Shown here: positions 25,860 to 35,398 of the stretch, piece by piece
How positions within the stretch are numbered: the stretch's first letter is position 1
Layout of the letters: each line of letters opens with the position of its first letter
Assembly (NCBI GenBank): GCA_963825545.1
Contig: CAWGTR010000006.1
Span: forward strand, 223,475-287,474
Reading direction: 5' to 3'
Length of the DNA: 64,000 bases
From: an uncultured Chloroflexia bacterium
GTDB lineage: Bacteria; Chloroflexota; Limnocylindria; Limnocylindrales; CSP1-4
The notes under the pieces: generated by a model
Told to the model about the DNA's origin: nothing
What the model saw: the letters and a program-made list of their open reading frames with translations, nothing else
The model's database searches: none
Program-made: the position numbers and the translations under genes

Positions 25860-26872
25860 CCTCGGTCCCGGATCGGCCCGTGGCCGGCGGGCCGATCGAC
25901 CCTGGACCGCGACCCGCACTCGAGAGGCCCAACCGGCGCGTCGCGAGCGCGCCACGGGTCGTCGAGAAGACGGCGGTGCTCGCCTACCGGCTGGCCGAAT
26001 GGCTCGTCGCCCGGCTGCCGACCGGGCCGACGGCGCGTGTCGTCGGCTGGTTCGTCCAGGGGTCCTACCTGCTCTGGCCGACGAAGCGGCGCTGGTCCAA
26101 CCGCAACTTCGGCCATGTCCTCGGGCTGCCGCCCGACGACCCGGCGGTGCGGCGGATGGCGCTCCGGGCGTACCGGAGCTACGCCCGCTACCTCGTCGAG
26201 CTCCTTCAGCTCCCGTCGCTGAGCCAGGAGCGGGCGATCGGCCTGATCGACCAGGCCGCCGTCGACGACGTCGAGCGGCTGTGGCGGGGCTCGAACGGGC
26301 TGATCTTCGCGGCCTGCCACGTCGGGAACAACGAGATCATCGCCGCGGCCATCGGGTGGCGCGGCTGGCCGTTGGCGGGGCTGGCCGACGACTCGACGTT
26401 CCCCGAGCTGTTCGAGCATCTCCGCGCGGAGCGAGCCCGCTGGAACGCCCGGGTGATCCCGTGGCGCAACCTGCGCGAGGTCTACGCGGTCCTCCGACGG
26501 CGCGAGATGCTCGCCCTGCTGGTCGACTGGGGCTATCGGGCGGATGACGTCCCGGTCCGCCTGTTCGGCGCCTGGACGACCCTGCCGGCCGGACCGGCGA
26601 CGCTCGCCGGAAAGACCGGAGCGCTCATCGTGCCGGTCGCCATCCGGCGGCTGCCCGACGGCCGGTTCCACGCCTCGACCGAGCCACCGATCCAGGTGGC
26701 GTCGACCGAGCCGGCCGAGGTCCTGCGCGCTACGCAGGCCATCGCCGACGCGATCGAAGGGGTGATCGCGGCCGCTCCCGAGCAGTGGTACAGCTTCAAG
26801 CCGATATGGCCCGAGACCGCGGCCGAGGCCGCCGAGCTGGAGCGGCGTGCCGCCCGGATGGCCGCCGGATGA
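25856..26872 (+). CDS. LpxL/HtrB-family lysophospholipid acyltransferase (PIM acyltransferase PatA-like), copy 1
   Basis: GTG start overlapping the ino1 stop. ...WLVARLP...[30 protein letters not shown]...[13 protein letters not shown]... is the lipid-A-acyltransferase fold with the HxxxxN region. Confidence 0.7.
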   Translation: MTSVPDRPVAGGPIDPGPRPALERPNRRVASAPRVVEKTAVLAYRLAEWLVARLPTGPTARVVGWFVQGSYLLWPTKRRWSNRNFGHVLGLPPDDPAVRRMALRAYRSYARYLVELLQLPSLSQERAIGLIDQAAVDDVERLWRGSNGLIFAACHVGNNEIIAAAIGWRGWPLAGLADDSTFPELFEHLRAERARWNARVIPWRNLREVYAVLRRREMLALLVDWGYRADDVPVRLFGAWTTLPAGPATLAGKTGALIVPVAIRRLPDGRFHASTEPPIQVASTEPAEVLRATQAIADAIEGVIAAAPEQWYSFKPIWPETAAEAAELERRAARMAAG

Positions 26873-27870
26873 GCCGCGCAACGGCCGCCCCGGCCGCCGG
26901 GATCCCGGCGAGCGAGCGATCCACCGCCCGGCAGCGGATCGTCGCCGACGCCGTGACCGCCGCGTCGTGGCTCGCCTGCCATCTGCCCGAGCGACCGCTC
27001 GTCGGGCTGGCCGAGCTCGTCGGCGAGCTGTGGTACCTGGTCGACCGGCGGCGTGCCGAGCAGGCTCGCCGCAACCTGCGCCGGGTGACCGGCTGGATGG
27101 TGGCCGAGGGTCTTGCCGACGCACGGATCCGCGCGGCGTCCCGCGGCGGGCGGGCGCTCGACCGGTTGGTCCGGGCGGCGTTCCGCCACTACGCCACCTA
27201 TTACCTCGACGTTGCCCGGGCACCCGCGCTGACGCCCGCCTATCTCGCCGAGCGGCTGACGATCGAGACGCCGGAAGCGTTCGACGACGCCTTTGGCGAG
27301 CCCGGGCCGCGGATCTTCCTCGGGCTCCACTTCGGAGCGATCGAGCTGCAGGCGTACGTCGCCGCCGTCCACGCCGCGCGGCCGCTGACCACGCCGATGG
27401 AGACGGTCGACGATCCGGCTCTCCAGCGCTACTTCGTCCGGACGCGCGGCGCGCTCGGGATCCGGATCGTCGGGCTGCGCGAGGCGCGCCGCGAGGTCCT
27501 CGCCGCCCTCGGCCGTGGCGAGCCCGTCGGGATCGTCGGGGACCGCGACCTGACCGGCGGCGGAATGCCGGTCACGCTGTTCGGATCGCGCGCGTCGCTG
27601 CCCCTCGGCCCGGCGCTCGTGGCCATCGAGAGCGGCGCGCCGACGTTCGCGGTGACGGCGCGCCGGCTGCCGGGCGGGCGCTACGTCGGCCGGCTCGACC
27701 GGCTGGCCATCCCGGCCGCCGGCTCGCGGCGCGAGCGCGTGTCGGCCTTCCTCGACGAGGAGGCGCGCTGGTTCGAGCGCCAGGTCAGCGCCGCCCCGGA
27801 GCAGTGGTGGGCGGTCTTCTTCCCGATCTGGCCCGATCTCGAGGCCGCTCCGGCCGGGATCCGGCGATGA
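26869..27870 (+). CDS. LpxL/HtrB-family acyltransferase, copy 2 (tandem paralog)
   Basis: ATGA overlap with copy 1. ...LVDRRRAEQARRNLRRVTGW...IFLGLHFGAIEL...VGIVGDRDLTGGGMPVTLFGSRASLPLGPALVA... shares the same family. Confidence 0.7.
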   Translation: MSRATAAPAAGIPASERSTARQRIVADAVTAASWLACHLPERPLVGLAELVGELWYLVDRRRAEQARRNLRRVTGWMVAEGLADARIRAASRGGRALDRLVRAAFRHYATYYLDVARAPALTPAYLAERLTIETPEAFDDAFGEPGPRIFLGLHFGAIELQAYVAAVHAARPLTTPMETVDDPALQRYFVRTRGALGIRIVGLREARREVLAALGRGEPVGIVGDRDLTGGGMPVTLFGSRASLPLGPALVAIESGAPTFAVTARRLPGGRYVGRLDRLAIPAAGSRRERVSAFLDEEARWFERQVSAAPEQWWAVFFPIWPDLEAAPAGIRR

Positions 27871-28688
27871 CCGATCGGCTGGGTCGCGCCGACCTGCACA
27901 TCCACACGCTGGCATCGGACGGGATCTCCGGGATCGACGAGATCCTCGACCGGGTCGAGACGGTCGGCGAGCTCGACGTGATCGCCATTACCGACCACGA
28001 GCGGATCGACGCGGCGCTGGCCGCCCGGACGATCGCCCGCGATCGCGGCGCCCCGTTCGAGGTCGTCATCGGCGAGGAGGTCACCACCCGCGGCGGCCAT
28101 CTCCTCGCCCTGTTCATCGAGTCCCCGGTCCGCTCGCTGCGCTCGCTGCGCTCGACGATCGCCGAGATCCACGACCAGGGCGGCCTGGCCATCCCGGCGC
28201 ACCCGCTCGTTCCGTACCCGCTGTGCGCCCAGGGGTTCGTGCTGCGGCGGCTGCTCGGCGAGTCGGACCCGCGCTACCACCCGGACGGGCTCGAGACATT
28301 CAACCCGACGACCCTCGGTCGGCCGCTCCACGCCCGGGTCGTGCGCTTCGCCGTCGACCACGACCTGGCCCAGATCGGCGACAGCGATGCCCATGCGGCG
28401 GTGTCGATCGGTACGGGCTGGACGACCTTCCCGGGCCGTGGCGCCGACGATCTCCGGGCCGCGATCCTCGCGCGCGAGACGCACGCGCACGGGAGCTTCC
28501 ACGGCACCGGCAACCAGGTGTCGACGTTCGGGCGGCAGCTCCGCAAGTACGGCCGCGACGTGCGCGACGAGGTGCGCGGCCGGGTCCGTCGGGACGGCAC
28601 CGGGCGGGACCACGGCTACCCGGGCGGCCGGGCCCGACCGCCACGCTACGAGCCGGGAGCCGTGGCCGGTCCGGAGCACGGACGATGA
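27867..28688 (+). CDS. PHP-domain metal-dependent phosphoesterase (histidinol-phosphatase family)
   Basis: MTDRLGRADLHIHTLASDGISGIDEILD...DVIAITDHERID...EVTTRGGHLLALF...IPAHPL...IGDSDAH; the HxH...H/D PHP ligand pattern is present. ATGA overlaps on both sides. Confidence 0.7.
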   Translation: MTDRLGRADLHIHTLASDGISGIDEILDRVETVGELDVIAITDHERIDAALAARTIARDRGAPFEVVIGEEVTTRGGHLLALFIESPVRSLRSLRSTIAEIHDQGGLAIPAHPLVPYPLCAQGFVLRRLLGESDPRYHPDGLETFNPTTLGRPLHARVVRFAVDHDLAQIGDSDAHAAVSIGTGWTTFPGRGADDLRAAILARETHAHGSFHGTGNQVSTFGRQLRKYGRDVRDEVRGRVRRDGTGRDHGYPGGRARPPRYEPGAVAGPEHGR

Positions 28689-29917
28689 AGATCGGGCTGG
28701 TGACGCCGTACGTGTACCCGGTTCCGGGCGGCGTCAACGAACACGTCCGCTACCTCTACGAGAACCTGCGCCTGCACGGACACGACGTCCGGATCATCAG
28801 CAGCAGTCACGGCCTCCAGCGCGCCTCCGAGGGCGACATCATCCGGCTCGGGAAGGGCTTCAGCGTCCCGATGAACGGCTCCGTCGGAACGGTTACCCTC
28901 TCGCCGCGCTACGTGGGCCTGGTCGACGAGATGCTCGACCGCGAGCGGTTCGACGTCCTGCACTTCCACGAGCCGTTCGTGCCGTTCCTGTCGCTCATCC
29001 TGCTGCGCCGGTCGCGGAGCGTGAACGTCGCGACGTTCCACGCCTACGCCGGGTTCTCGCTGTCCTACGAGTTCGGGGCGCGCGTCATGCAGGGCCACGC
29101 CCGGCTGCTCCATGGCCGAATCGCCGTCAGCGCAGCGGCGCGGCACTTCATCGACCGCTACTTCCCGGGCGACTACAAGATCATCCCCAACGGCGTCGAC
29201 GTCGACCGCTACCGGAAGGCGGTCCCGATCGCGCGCTGGCAGGACGGCACGCGCAACCTCCTGTTCGTCAGCCGCCTCGAGCCGCGCAAGGGAGTGCTCG
29301 TCCTGCTCAAGGCGTACCGGATCCTGCGCAAGACCGGTTGCCCATGCCGGCTCCTCGTCGTCGGTTCCGGACCGCAGGAGCGCGAGGCTCGGCGCTACGT
29401 GATGACCCGCCGGCTGGCCGGGGTGGAGTTCCTCGGCCGGGTGAGCGACGCGGAGAAGGCCCAGCTGTTCCGCACGGCCGACGTGTTCGTGGCCCCGGCG
29501 ACCGGTCGCGAGTCGTTCGGGATCGTGCTCCTCGAGGCGATGGCCGCCGGCGCGCCGATCGTGGCCTCGGACATCCACGGCTACAAGGGCGTCGTCCGGC
29601 GCGGCGAGCAGGGCCTGCTCGTGCCACCGGGCGAGCCGCGCGAGCTCGCCGCGGCGATCGGGCGGCTCGTCGTCGACGACAGCCTGCGCGCTGACATGAG
29701 CGCGAGCGGGATGGCCCGGGCCGAGACGTTCAGCTGGGAGCGGATCACCGAGCGTGTCGAGAGCTACTACGGCTTCGTGATCCGCCGGCTCGCGGCCCAG
29801 GGCGCCTTGCCGGCGGACTTCCGGGCCGAGATCCCGCCCTCGCCGCGCGTCCAGCCCGCGATCGCAGACTCCGACGGAACGGTCGAGGAACCCTCGGTCA
29901 TCGCCCGCCGCGGCTAA
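28685..29917 (+). CDS. pimA: GT4 glycosyltransferase, phosphatidylinositol alpha-mannosyltransferase PimA-like
   Basis: MKIGLVTPYVYPVPGGVNEHVRYLYENLRLHGHDVRII...FHEPFVPF...LLFVSRLEPRKG...ESFGIVLLEAMAAGAPIVASDIHGY; the GT-B EX7E region is present. It is the last gene of the pgsA-ino1 operon. Confidence 0.8.
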   Translation: MKIGLVTPYVYPVPGGVNEHVRYLYENLRLHGHDVRIISSSHGLQRASEGDIIRLGKGFSVPMNGSVGTVTLSPRYVGLVDEMLDRERFDVLHFHEPFVPFLSLILLRRSRSVNVATFHAYAGFSLSYEFGARVMQGHARLLHGRIAVSAAARHFIDRYFPGDYKIIPNGVDVDRYRKAVPIARWQDGTRNLLFVSRLEPRKGVLVLLKAYRILRKTGCPCRLLVVGSGPQEREARRYVMTRRLAGVEFLGRVSDAEKAQLFRTADVFVAPATGRESFGIVLLEAMAAGAPIVASDIHGYKGVVRRGEQGLLVPPGEPRELAAAIGRLVVDDSLRADMSASGMARAETFSWERITERVESYYGFVIRRLAAQGALPADFRAEIPPSPRVQPAIADSDGTVEEPSVIARRG

Positions 29918-29951
29918 CGCTCGCGGCCCGACCCGGACCGGGCAAGGAGCC

Positions 29952-32900
29952 TCAGCCGGCCTGGCCGGTTGTCACGATCGAGCCAGGGTCGCGGCGCGCC
30001 GCCTCGCGCTCGGCCGCGGCGATCCGCCAGGCCCACGCGGCGTAGCCCACGATCACGCTCGTAACGAGCAGCGCGGCCAGGAGCAGGAGCACGTCGGCGA
30101 GGTGAGCCGTGATCGAGAACGGAACGACCTTGTCGGTGTTGACGGGGAACTGGAACGCGTACAGGTAGGTCGGCAGGAGGCCCTGGTACGCGTTCACGAT
30201 CGCGGCCGGCAGCGGGAGCCCCGAGATGTTCGGATACCACGTGACGAACCAGACGACGCAGGCGAGCATGATCCCTGCCGCGAACCGGCGGCTGTCGCGC
30301 GCGGTAGCCACGACCCAGGCGATCGGCGACAGGGCGATGAGGACGACGAGGGCGATCGGCTCGATTCGGAAGCCGTCCTGGCTCAGGATCGCGGTGTCCG
30401 GCAGGAACCCGCCAACGAGGATGAGCCCGATCGCCCCGCCGACGGCGGTCGCGGCGATCTGGAGGAACCGCCGATTCGCCTCCTCGGCCGATCGGTTGCC
30501 CGAACCGAGCCGGAGGATCTGGACGACAAGCAGCGCGCCGGCGACGAGCAGGATCGCGGCCAGCCCGGCGGTCCGCCAGGTCAGGACGATCTGCCCCGGG
30601 GCCGTCGCGACGCAGGCCTCCGAGCCCGGGTTGACCGCCGTGACCCGCACGAACGTGCACAGCGGGCCCTTGAACAGCCACATGAGAGCCGGGCCGAGGA
30701 CCGCGATCGCCGCGCTCACCCGGGCCAGCGCCCAGGTCCGTGCCGACGGCCCGTTCCGGAGCTCCGCGACGAAGTAGGCGAGGGCGATCAGCAGGAACGG
30801 CACCGCCGCGTAGTAGTGGTACTGGAAGGTGGCCCGGTCGATCCGCGCCCAGGGCAGCCACTGGAAGGCAAACGCGACGAAGACGAGCCCGAGGGCCAGG
30901 CTCCGGCGCTTGAACGCCTGCCAGGCCACGAACAACATCGCCGGGATCGACAGCCACCAGGCGACGAGGTTCCCCGCGTCGTAGATCGCCGCGGACGTGT
31001 TGGCCGCGAACGAGTCCTGGTAGAACCAGACCGGCTTGAGGTCGAGCGGCCAGGCCCAGTACGGCGACGACGCCGCATGGGTCGCCCGGAGCCCGTTGTG
31101 GTAGTCGTACATCTGGCGGGTCAGCGCGAGCAGCGTCTGGCCCGTGTTGCCGGGCGGCCACGTATCGGTGAGCCGGTTGCCCAGCGCCACCCAGGGCAGG
31201 TATGAGATCACGTAGACGACGATCGGGACCACCGCCAGGCAGATCACGCCCCATACGATCGGGAGGCCGAGGAGCGTCCCTGGTCGGAGCCAGCCCTCGG
31301 GCGGCGGGGACCCGGGCTCGGTGAGCCGGACCGGGTCGTCCGGGTCGGGCGGCAGCGCCAGCGGCCCGAGCCCCCAGATGCCGGCGAATCGCAGGATCGC
31401 CCAGACCACGCCCGAGCCGAGGATGAGCAGGAGCGAGATCACCGTCGGCGTCAGGGCCGCCGGGCCCGCGCCGATCGGCTTCACGGCGATGCCGAGCGGG
31501 ACCGCGATGAGGAACACCAGGATCCCGATCGCAGCCGGACCCACGATCGCGAGACGGGTCTCCTCGGCCGACCAGGCGATCGGACGGAAGACGGTCACGA
31601 GGACGGCCCCGAGCGTCAGGGCGATCATCAGCGCGACGAAGAGGAAGTTGCCGGCGCTCGTCGAGGCGTCCGGGGCGATGTCGATCGCCATGTAGCCTAG
31701 CACGGCCGTCCCGAGCGCCAGCCCGAGGATGAGCAGGATCCGGCCGAGCGCGGAGCGGCCCAGGATGAGCACGACGACGCCGGCCATGGCGTACAGCCCG
31801 ACCCATTTCGAGGCGAGCGCGAACCCAAGCAGCACGCCCACCGCGGGCAGCACGACCCAGAACGCCCACGGCCGTTTCCAGCGTCCGAGCCAGAGCGGTG
31901 CGAACAGGGTGTAGGCGGCCACGATGAAGAGGCCGACGTAGACGTCGTTCATCGCGATCCGGCTCTGCACGAAGAGCATTCCGTCGACCAGGACGAGAAT
32001 GGCGGCGATGACCGCGATCTCGCGACGCCGGAACAGGATCCGCACGAGCAGGAAGATGAGCCCGGCCGTGAGCGCCCCGGCGAGCATTCCCGGCAGGCGC
32101 CAGGCGAACGCGTGGTTGCCTGAGTCGACCGTGGCGAGCATCCCGTCGGCGGACGTGGCCAGGATCGCCTGGCGGTCGCCGCTCGGGTTCTCCGGGTTGG
32201 CGTCGAGCGCCCAGGCCTGCGCGTCGAACGGCAACCGGGCATCCGCATAGACCGCATTGCCGTGCGGCTCGACGACGTAGATCGTGTCGCTCGTCCCGTC
32301 CGGGGTCCGACCCAACACGTGGACCATCTGGGTCGGCTGGTCGTACACGAGGTCCCGGACGTCACCCGGCATCGGGAACGTCGTCGTCAGGTGCGGCCCC
32401 TCCTTGCCGTCGCCCTGCCCGAGCTGGATGACGGCCACGTTCTTGCCTTCGAGGGCCGCGTACAGGGTGGGCTGGTCGATCCCCGTCACGACGGTCAGGC
32501 CGCGGGCGGCGCCGTCGAGCGTCACGGTGTCCACGATCTGGCCCGTGGCCGGCGAGATGAACGTCACGCCGCCCTCGTCCGCGACCGCGATCCGCGGCAG
32601 CGGCGCGACCGTCAGCCCGGTCAGGCGGCCGTCCGAGATCGCGGTCGAGATGTCCTTCTGTTGCTGGTCGTCGGTGAACCCGCCGAGCAGGACCACCGCG
32701 GCCTCCCCCGCCGACGTGGCGGCCGTCAGTCGAGCCTGGTAGTCGGCGGCGTTCCCGCCGGTGATCGTGGCCAGGGCCGCGGACACGGCGGCCGGGTCGG
32801 TGACGGCCGTCGGGTCTGCCGTCAGCCCGTCGCCCAGTCCGCCGTCGGCGAGATCCGAGACGCCGCCGAGCCGCTGCCGGCCCGTCTCGGCGCCCGTGCT

Positions 32901-35396
32901 CGGGTCGACGAGGACGACCTCGCCACCACTCGTGGCGACCGCCATCCCGGAGGCGTCGGTGGTCAGCCCGAGATGCGTCACCGGCGCCTTCACGTCGGCC
33001 AGCGGCGCCGGCCCGTCGACGCTGGTGATCGGCGTTTCGGCGCTGTACCCGCCTGACGCCCGGGCGTCGTCGAGCACCGTCGTGTCGAGCGCGAGCACCT
33101 GGCCGCTGTCCGTGCCGACGAGGACGCGGTGACCGACGGGATCGAGCGTGAGGGCCGACGCCCCCGGCACCGACCAGGTCGTGATCAGGCCGCGGGTCAC
33201 CAGGTCGTAGGCCCGCAGCTCGTCGCCGCCGGCGACGTAGAAGCGGTCCCCGGACGGCGGGGACGGCCGGCTCGAGTCGACCCACTGCGGCTCGACGAGC
33301 ACGTCGCGGACCGTCGTGCCCAGCGAGCGCTGCGCGGTCACCCGGTCGTCCCCGGCGACGATCAGCCCGGCGGCCATCGCGTACTTGGCGATGTGGGGGT
33401 GGGTCCACTCGTAGATGTCGTGTGGCATCCCGTAGCGCCAGTCCTGGAGGAACTCCGTGGCGGTCCGCGCGTGGTAGACCTCGTCGAAGTGCATGCGGTA
33501 CGGCTCCGACAGCCGGAACGTCCGCGATACCAGGGCGACGAGCACGATCACCACGAGCAGCCACAGGTCGAGCCGGTCGAGCCGCCCGCCGCCCTCGCCG
33601 TGGAGTCGACGCGACCGATCGGGCAGGAGGGTCCGGATCCGGGCCAGCCCGAACGGCAGCGGCAGCCAGCCCGGGTCACGCTCGGCCGCGAACGAGGCTT
33701 CGTCCCACGCGATCGCCGGGCCGGCGCTTGGAGGGGCCGCCACCACCCGTCCGGCGACGGCACCGCCGGCCGCGGTCGTGGCCGCCACCGCCTCGCCGGC
33801 GGTCCCGGGGCCGCCCGAAGGGGCGCTCGTGTCGCCGCCGATCCACCCTCCGTCGGTCGCGTCGGCAGCGACGGCGTCCTCGTCCGCCTCCCAGAGCGCG
33901 GCGTCGATCGCCTCGCGATCCAGCCGTCGGAGCGCGGCGGGACGCAGCTCGGTGACCGCGAACACGAAGGCCGCGAAATGGATCGCCGCGACGGTCGCCA
34001 CCCCGACCGGGGATCGGATCGCGTCGGCCATGCCCAGCCAGTCCTTGATCCCGGGGTTCTGGAAGTACGGGATCAGGAGGACCGCGTACAGGTTCGCGAA
34101 GTTGGCCAGCGAGAGCAGGACGTAGGCCACGCGCCAGCGAACCGACGTGGCGGCGAGGATGGCGCCGAGGATGGCGAACGGGAAGAGGTACCGCTCGTGG
34201 ACCCGGGTGGGCACGACGAAGAACGCGATCGCCATCACCGTCAGCGCGACGAGGAGCAGCCGCCGGTCGTCGACGATGGCCCGGATCCGCTCGCCGCCCG
34301 AGCCTTCGTCGATGGTCACGATCGACGGCCGGTCCAGCCAGCCGACGACGAGGCAGACCGCCGCGATGACGATCAGCAGCAGCGCGGTCCCGACGTACAG
34401 CGCAGGGACGCCGGCGATGAGCGTCGCGACCTCGGCGGCGGTCGCCCCGGCGACGTCGCGCAGCCATTGGCCGTTCTCCGCCAACCCGTTGCCGCCGCGG
34501 CTGATCAGCGCCCACGGGTTATAGGCGTTGACGGTGATGTACGGGTAGCCGCCGGCCGTCTTGCCGACCTGCTCGACGAGCCCCACGATCGACAGGCCGA
34601 ACGGGAGGCACAGGAGGACCGCCGTCGCGAGCCCGACGCCGGCGCTCGTGACCAGCCGCAGCGGACCTTCGCCGAAGCGGTCGAGCCACGGCTCGCCGCG
34701 CGGTCCCGGCTGGGCGTCGGCCAGCGGGACGTCCCCTCCGGCTCCCGCCGGCGCAGGCGGCGCGGGCGGTCGCAGGCGATCCCACACGTGGCGCCGCAGC
34801 AGGACGATCGCCAGGATCGGCAGGAGGATCCCGAGCTGCGGCTTGATGACCGCGGCGAGCACGGCGAAGAACGTCGCCCGCTCGGGCCGGCGCCGCCACA
34901 GGTCGCGCAGGCCGAGCAGCAGGAAGATCACCCCGAAGGCGTCGACCTGGCCCCAGATCGCACTGTCGAACCAGGTGACCGGGTTGACGAGCACGAACGC
35001 GGCGCCGAGCAGGGCGGCCCGGCGCGATCCACCGAGCTCGCGGACCAGGGAGTGGACCAGCCATGCGAGGACGACGTCGGCGAGGATCGGGGGCAGCTTG
35101 ATCAGGTCGCCGATGCCCCCGATCGCGTTCCCGACGATCCCCACGAGCCACAGCACGTAGAGGTAGCCGGGCGTGTAGTCGACGAAGAAGCCCCGGTTGT
35201 AGAAGCCCCCCGGACCGTGCGTCGCGAGCTCGTTCGCCCAGGCCTGGAAGGAGCCGCGGTCCGCTCCGAACCCGGAGCCGGGGAGCAGGACGTATGCGAT
35301 GATGAGGCGGAGGGCGAGGCCGACGATCAGGATCGCGATGAGCGCCAGGGCGGCCTCGAACGACCGCCTCGGCGCCGCGGTGCCTCGGTCGGGCAC
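29952..35396 (-). CDS. giant (1814 aa) polytopic membrane glycosyltransferase: N-terminal GT-C module, then a Pmt-like (GT39) module with a ~500-aa beta-propeller-like insertion and a C-terminal 4-TM domain
   Basis: Single uninterrupted frame with a GTG start. Module 1 (aa 1-470): ...YYNRGFFVDYTPGYLYVLWLVGIVG... with ~10 TM helices. Module 2 opens with a TM helix and the loop-1 motif HFDEVYHARTATEFL (PMT DE motif). A long soluble repeat-rich insert follows (YDLVTRGLITTWSVPGASALTLDPVGHRVLVGTDSGQVLALD...), then many TM helices and a PMT_4TMC-like tail. Confidence 0.65.
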   Translation of the reverse strand: MPDRGTAAPRRSFEAALALIAILIVGLALRLIIAYVLLPGSGFGADRGSFQAWANELATHGPGGFYNRGFFVDYTPGYLYVLWLVGIVGNAIGGIGDLIKLPPILADVVLAWLVHSLVRELGGSRRAALLGAAFVLVNPVTWFDSAIWGQVDAFGVIFLLLGLRDLWRRRPERATFFAVLAAVIKPQLGILLPILAIVLLRRHVWDRLRPPAPPAPAGAGGDVPLADAQPGPRGEPWLDRFGEGPLRLVTSAGVGLATAVLLCLPFGLSIVGLVEQVGKTAGGYPYITVNAYNPWALISRGGNGLAENGQWLRDVAGATAAEVATLIAGVPALYVGTALLLIVIAAVCLVVGWLDRPSIVTIDEGSGGERIRAIVDDRRLLLVALTVMAIAFFVVPTRVHERYLFPFAILGAILAATSVRWRVAYVLLSLANFANLYAVLLIPYFQNPGIKDWLGMADAIRSPVGVATVAAIHFAAFVFAVTELRPAALRRLDREAIDAALWEADEDAVAADATDGGWIGGDTSAPSGGPGTAGEAVAATTAAGGAVAGRVVAAPPSAGPAIAWDEASFAAERDPGWLPLPFGLARIRTLLPDRSRRLHGEGGGRLDRLDLWLLVVIVLVALVSRTFRLSEPYRMHFDEVYHARTATEFLQDWRYGMPHDIYEWTHPHIAKYAMAAGLIVAGDDRVTAQRSLGTTVRDVLVEPQWVDSSRPSPPSGDRFYVAGGDELRAYDLVTRGLITTWSVPGASALTLDPVGHRVLVGTDSGQVLALDTTVLDDARASGGYSAETPITSVDGPAPLADVKAPVTHLGLTTDASGMAVATSGGEVVLVDPSTGAETGRQRLGGVSDLADGGLGDGLTADPTAVTDPAAVSAALATITGGNAADYQARLTAATSAGEAAVVLLGGFTDDQQQKDISTAISDGRLTGLTVAPLPRIAVADEGGVTFISPATGQIVDTVTLDGAARGLTVVTGIDQPTLYAALEGKNVAVIQLGQGDGKEGPHLTTTFPMPGDVRDLVYDQPTQMVHVLGRTPDGTSDTIYVVEPHGNAVYADARLPFDAQAWALDANPENPSGDRQAILATSADGMLATVDSGNHAFAWRLPGMLAGALTAGLIFLLVRILFRRREIAVIAAILVLVDGMLFVQSRIAMNDVYVGLFIVAAYTLFAPLWLGRWKRPWAFWVVLPAVGVLLGFALASKWVGLYAMAGVVVLILGRSALGRILLILGLALGTAVLGYMAIDIAPDASTSAGNFLFVALMIALTLGAVLVTVFRPIAWSAEETRLAIVGPAAIGILVFLIAVPLGIAVKPIGAGPAALTPTVISLLLILGSGVVWAILRFAGIWGLGPLALPPDPDDPVRLTEPGSPPPEGWLRPGTLLGLPIVWGVICLAVVPIVVYVISYLPWVALGNRLTDTWPPGNTGQTLLALTRQMYDYHNGLRATHAASSPYWAWPLDLKPVWFYQDSFAANTSAAIYDAGNLVAWWLSIPAMLFVAWQAFKRRSLALGLVFVAFAFQWLPWARIDRATFQYHYYAAVPFLLIALAYFVAELRNGPSARTWALARVSAAIAVLGPALMWLFKGPLCTFVRVTAVNPGSEACVATAPGQIVLTWRTAGLAAILLVAGALLVVQILRLGSGNRSAEEANRRFLQIAATAVGGAIGLILVGGFLPDTAILSQDGFRIEPIALVVLIALSPIAWVVATARDSRRFAAGIMLACVVWFVTWYPNISGLPLPAAIVNAYQGLLPTYLYAFQFPVNTDKVVPFSITAHLADVLLLLAALLVTSVIVGYAAWAWRIAAAEREAARRDPGSIVTTGQAG

Positions 35397-35398
35397 GG

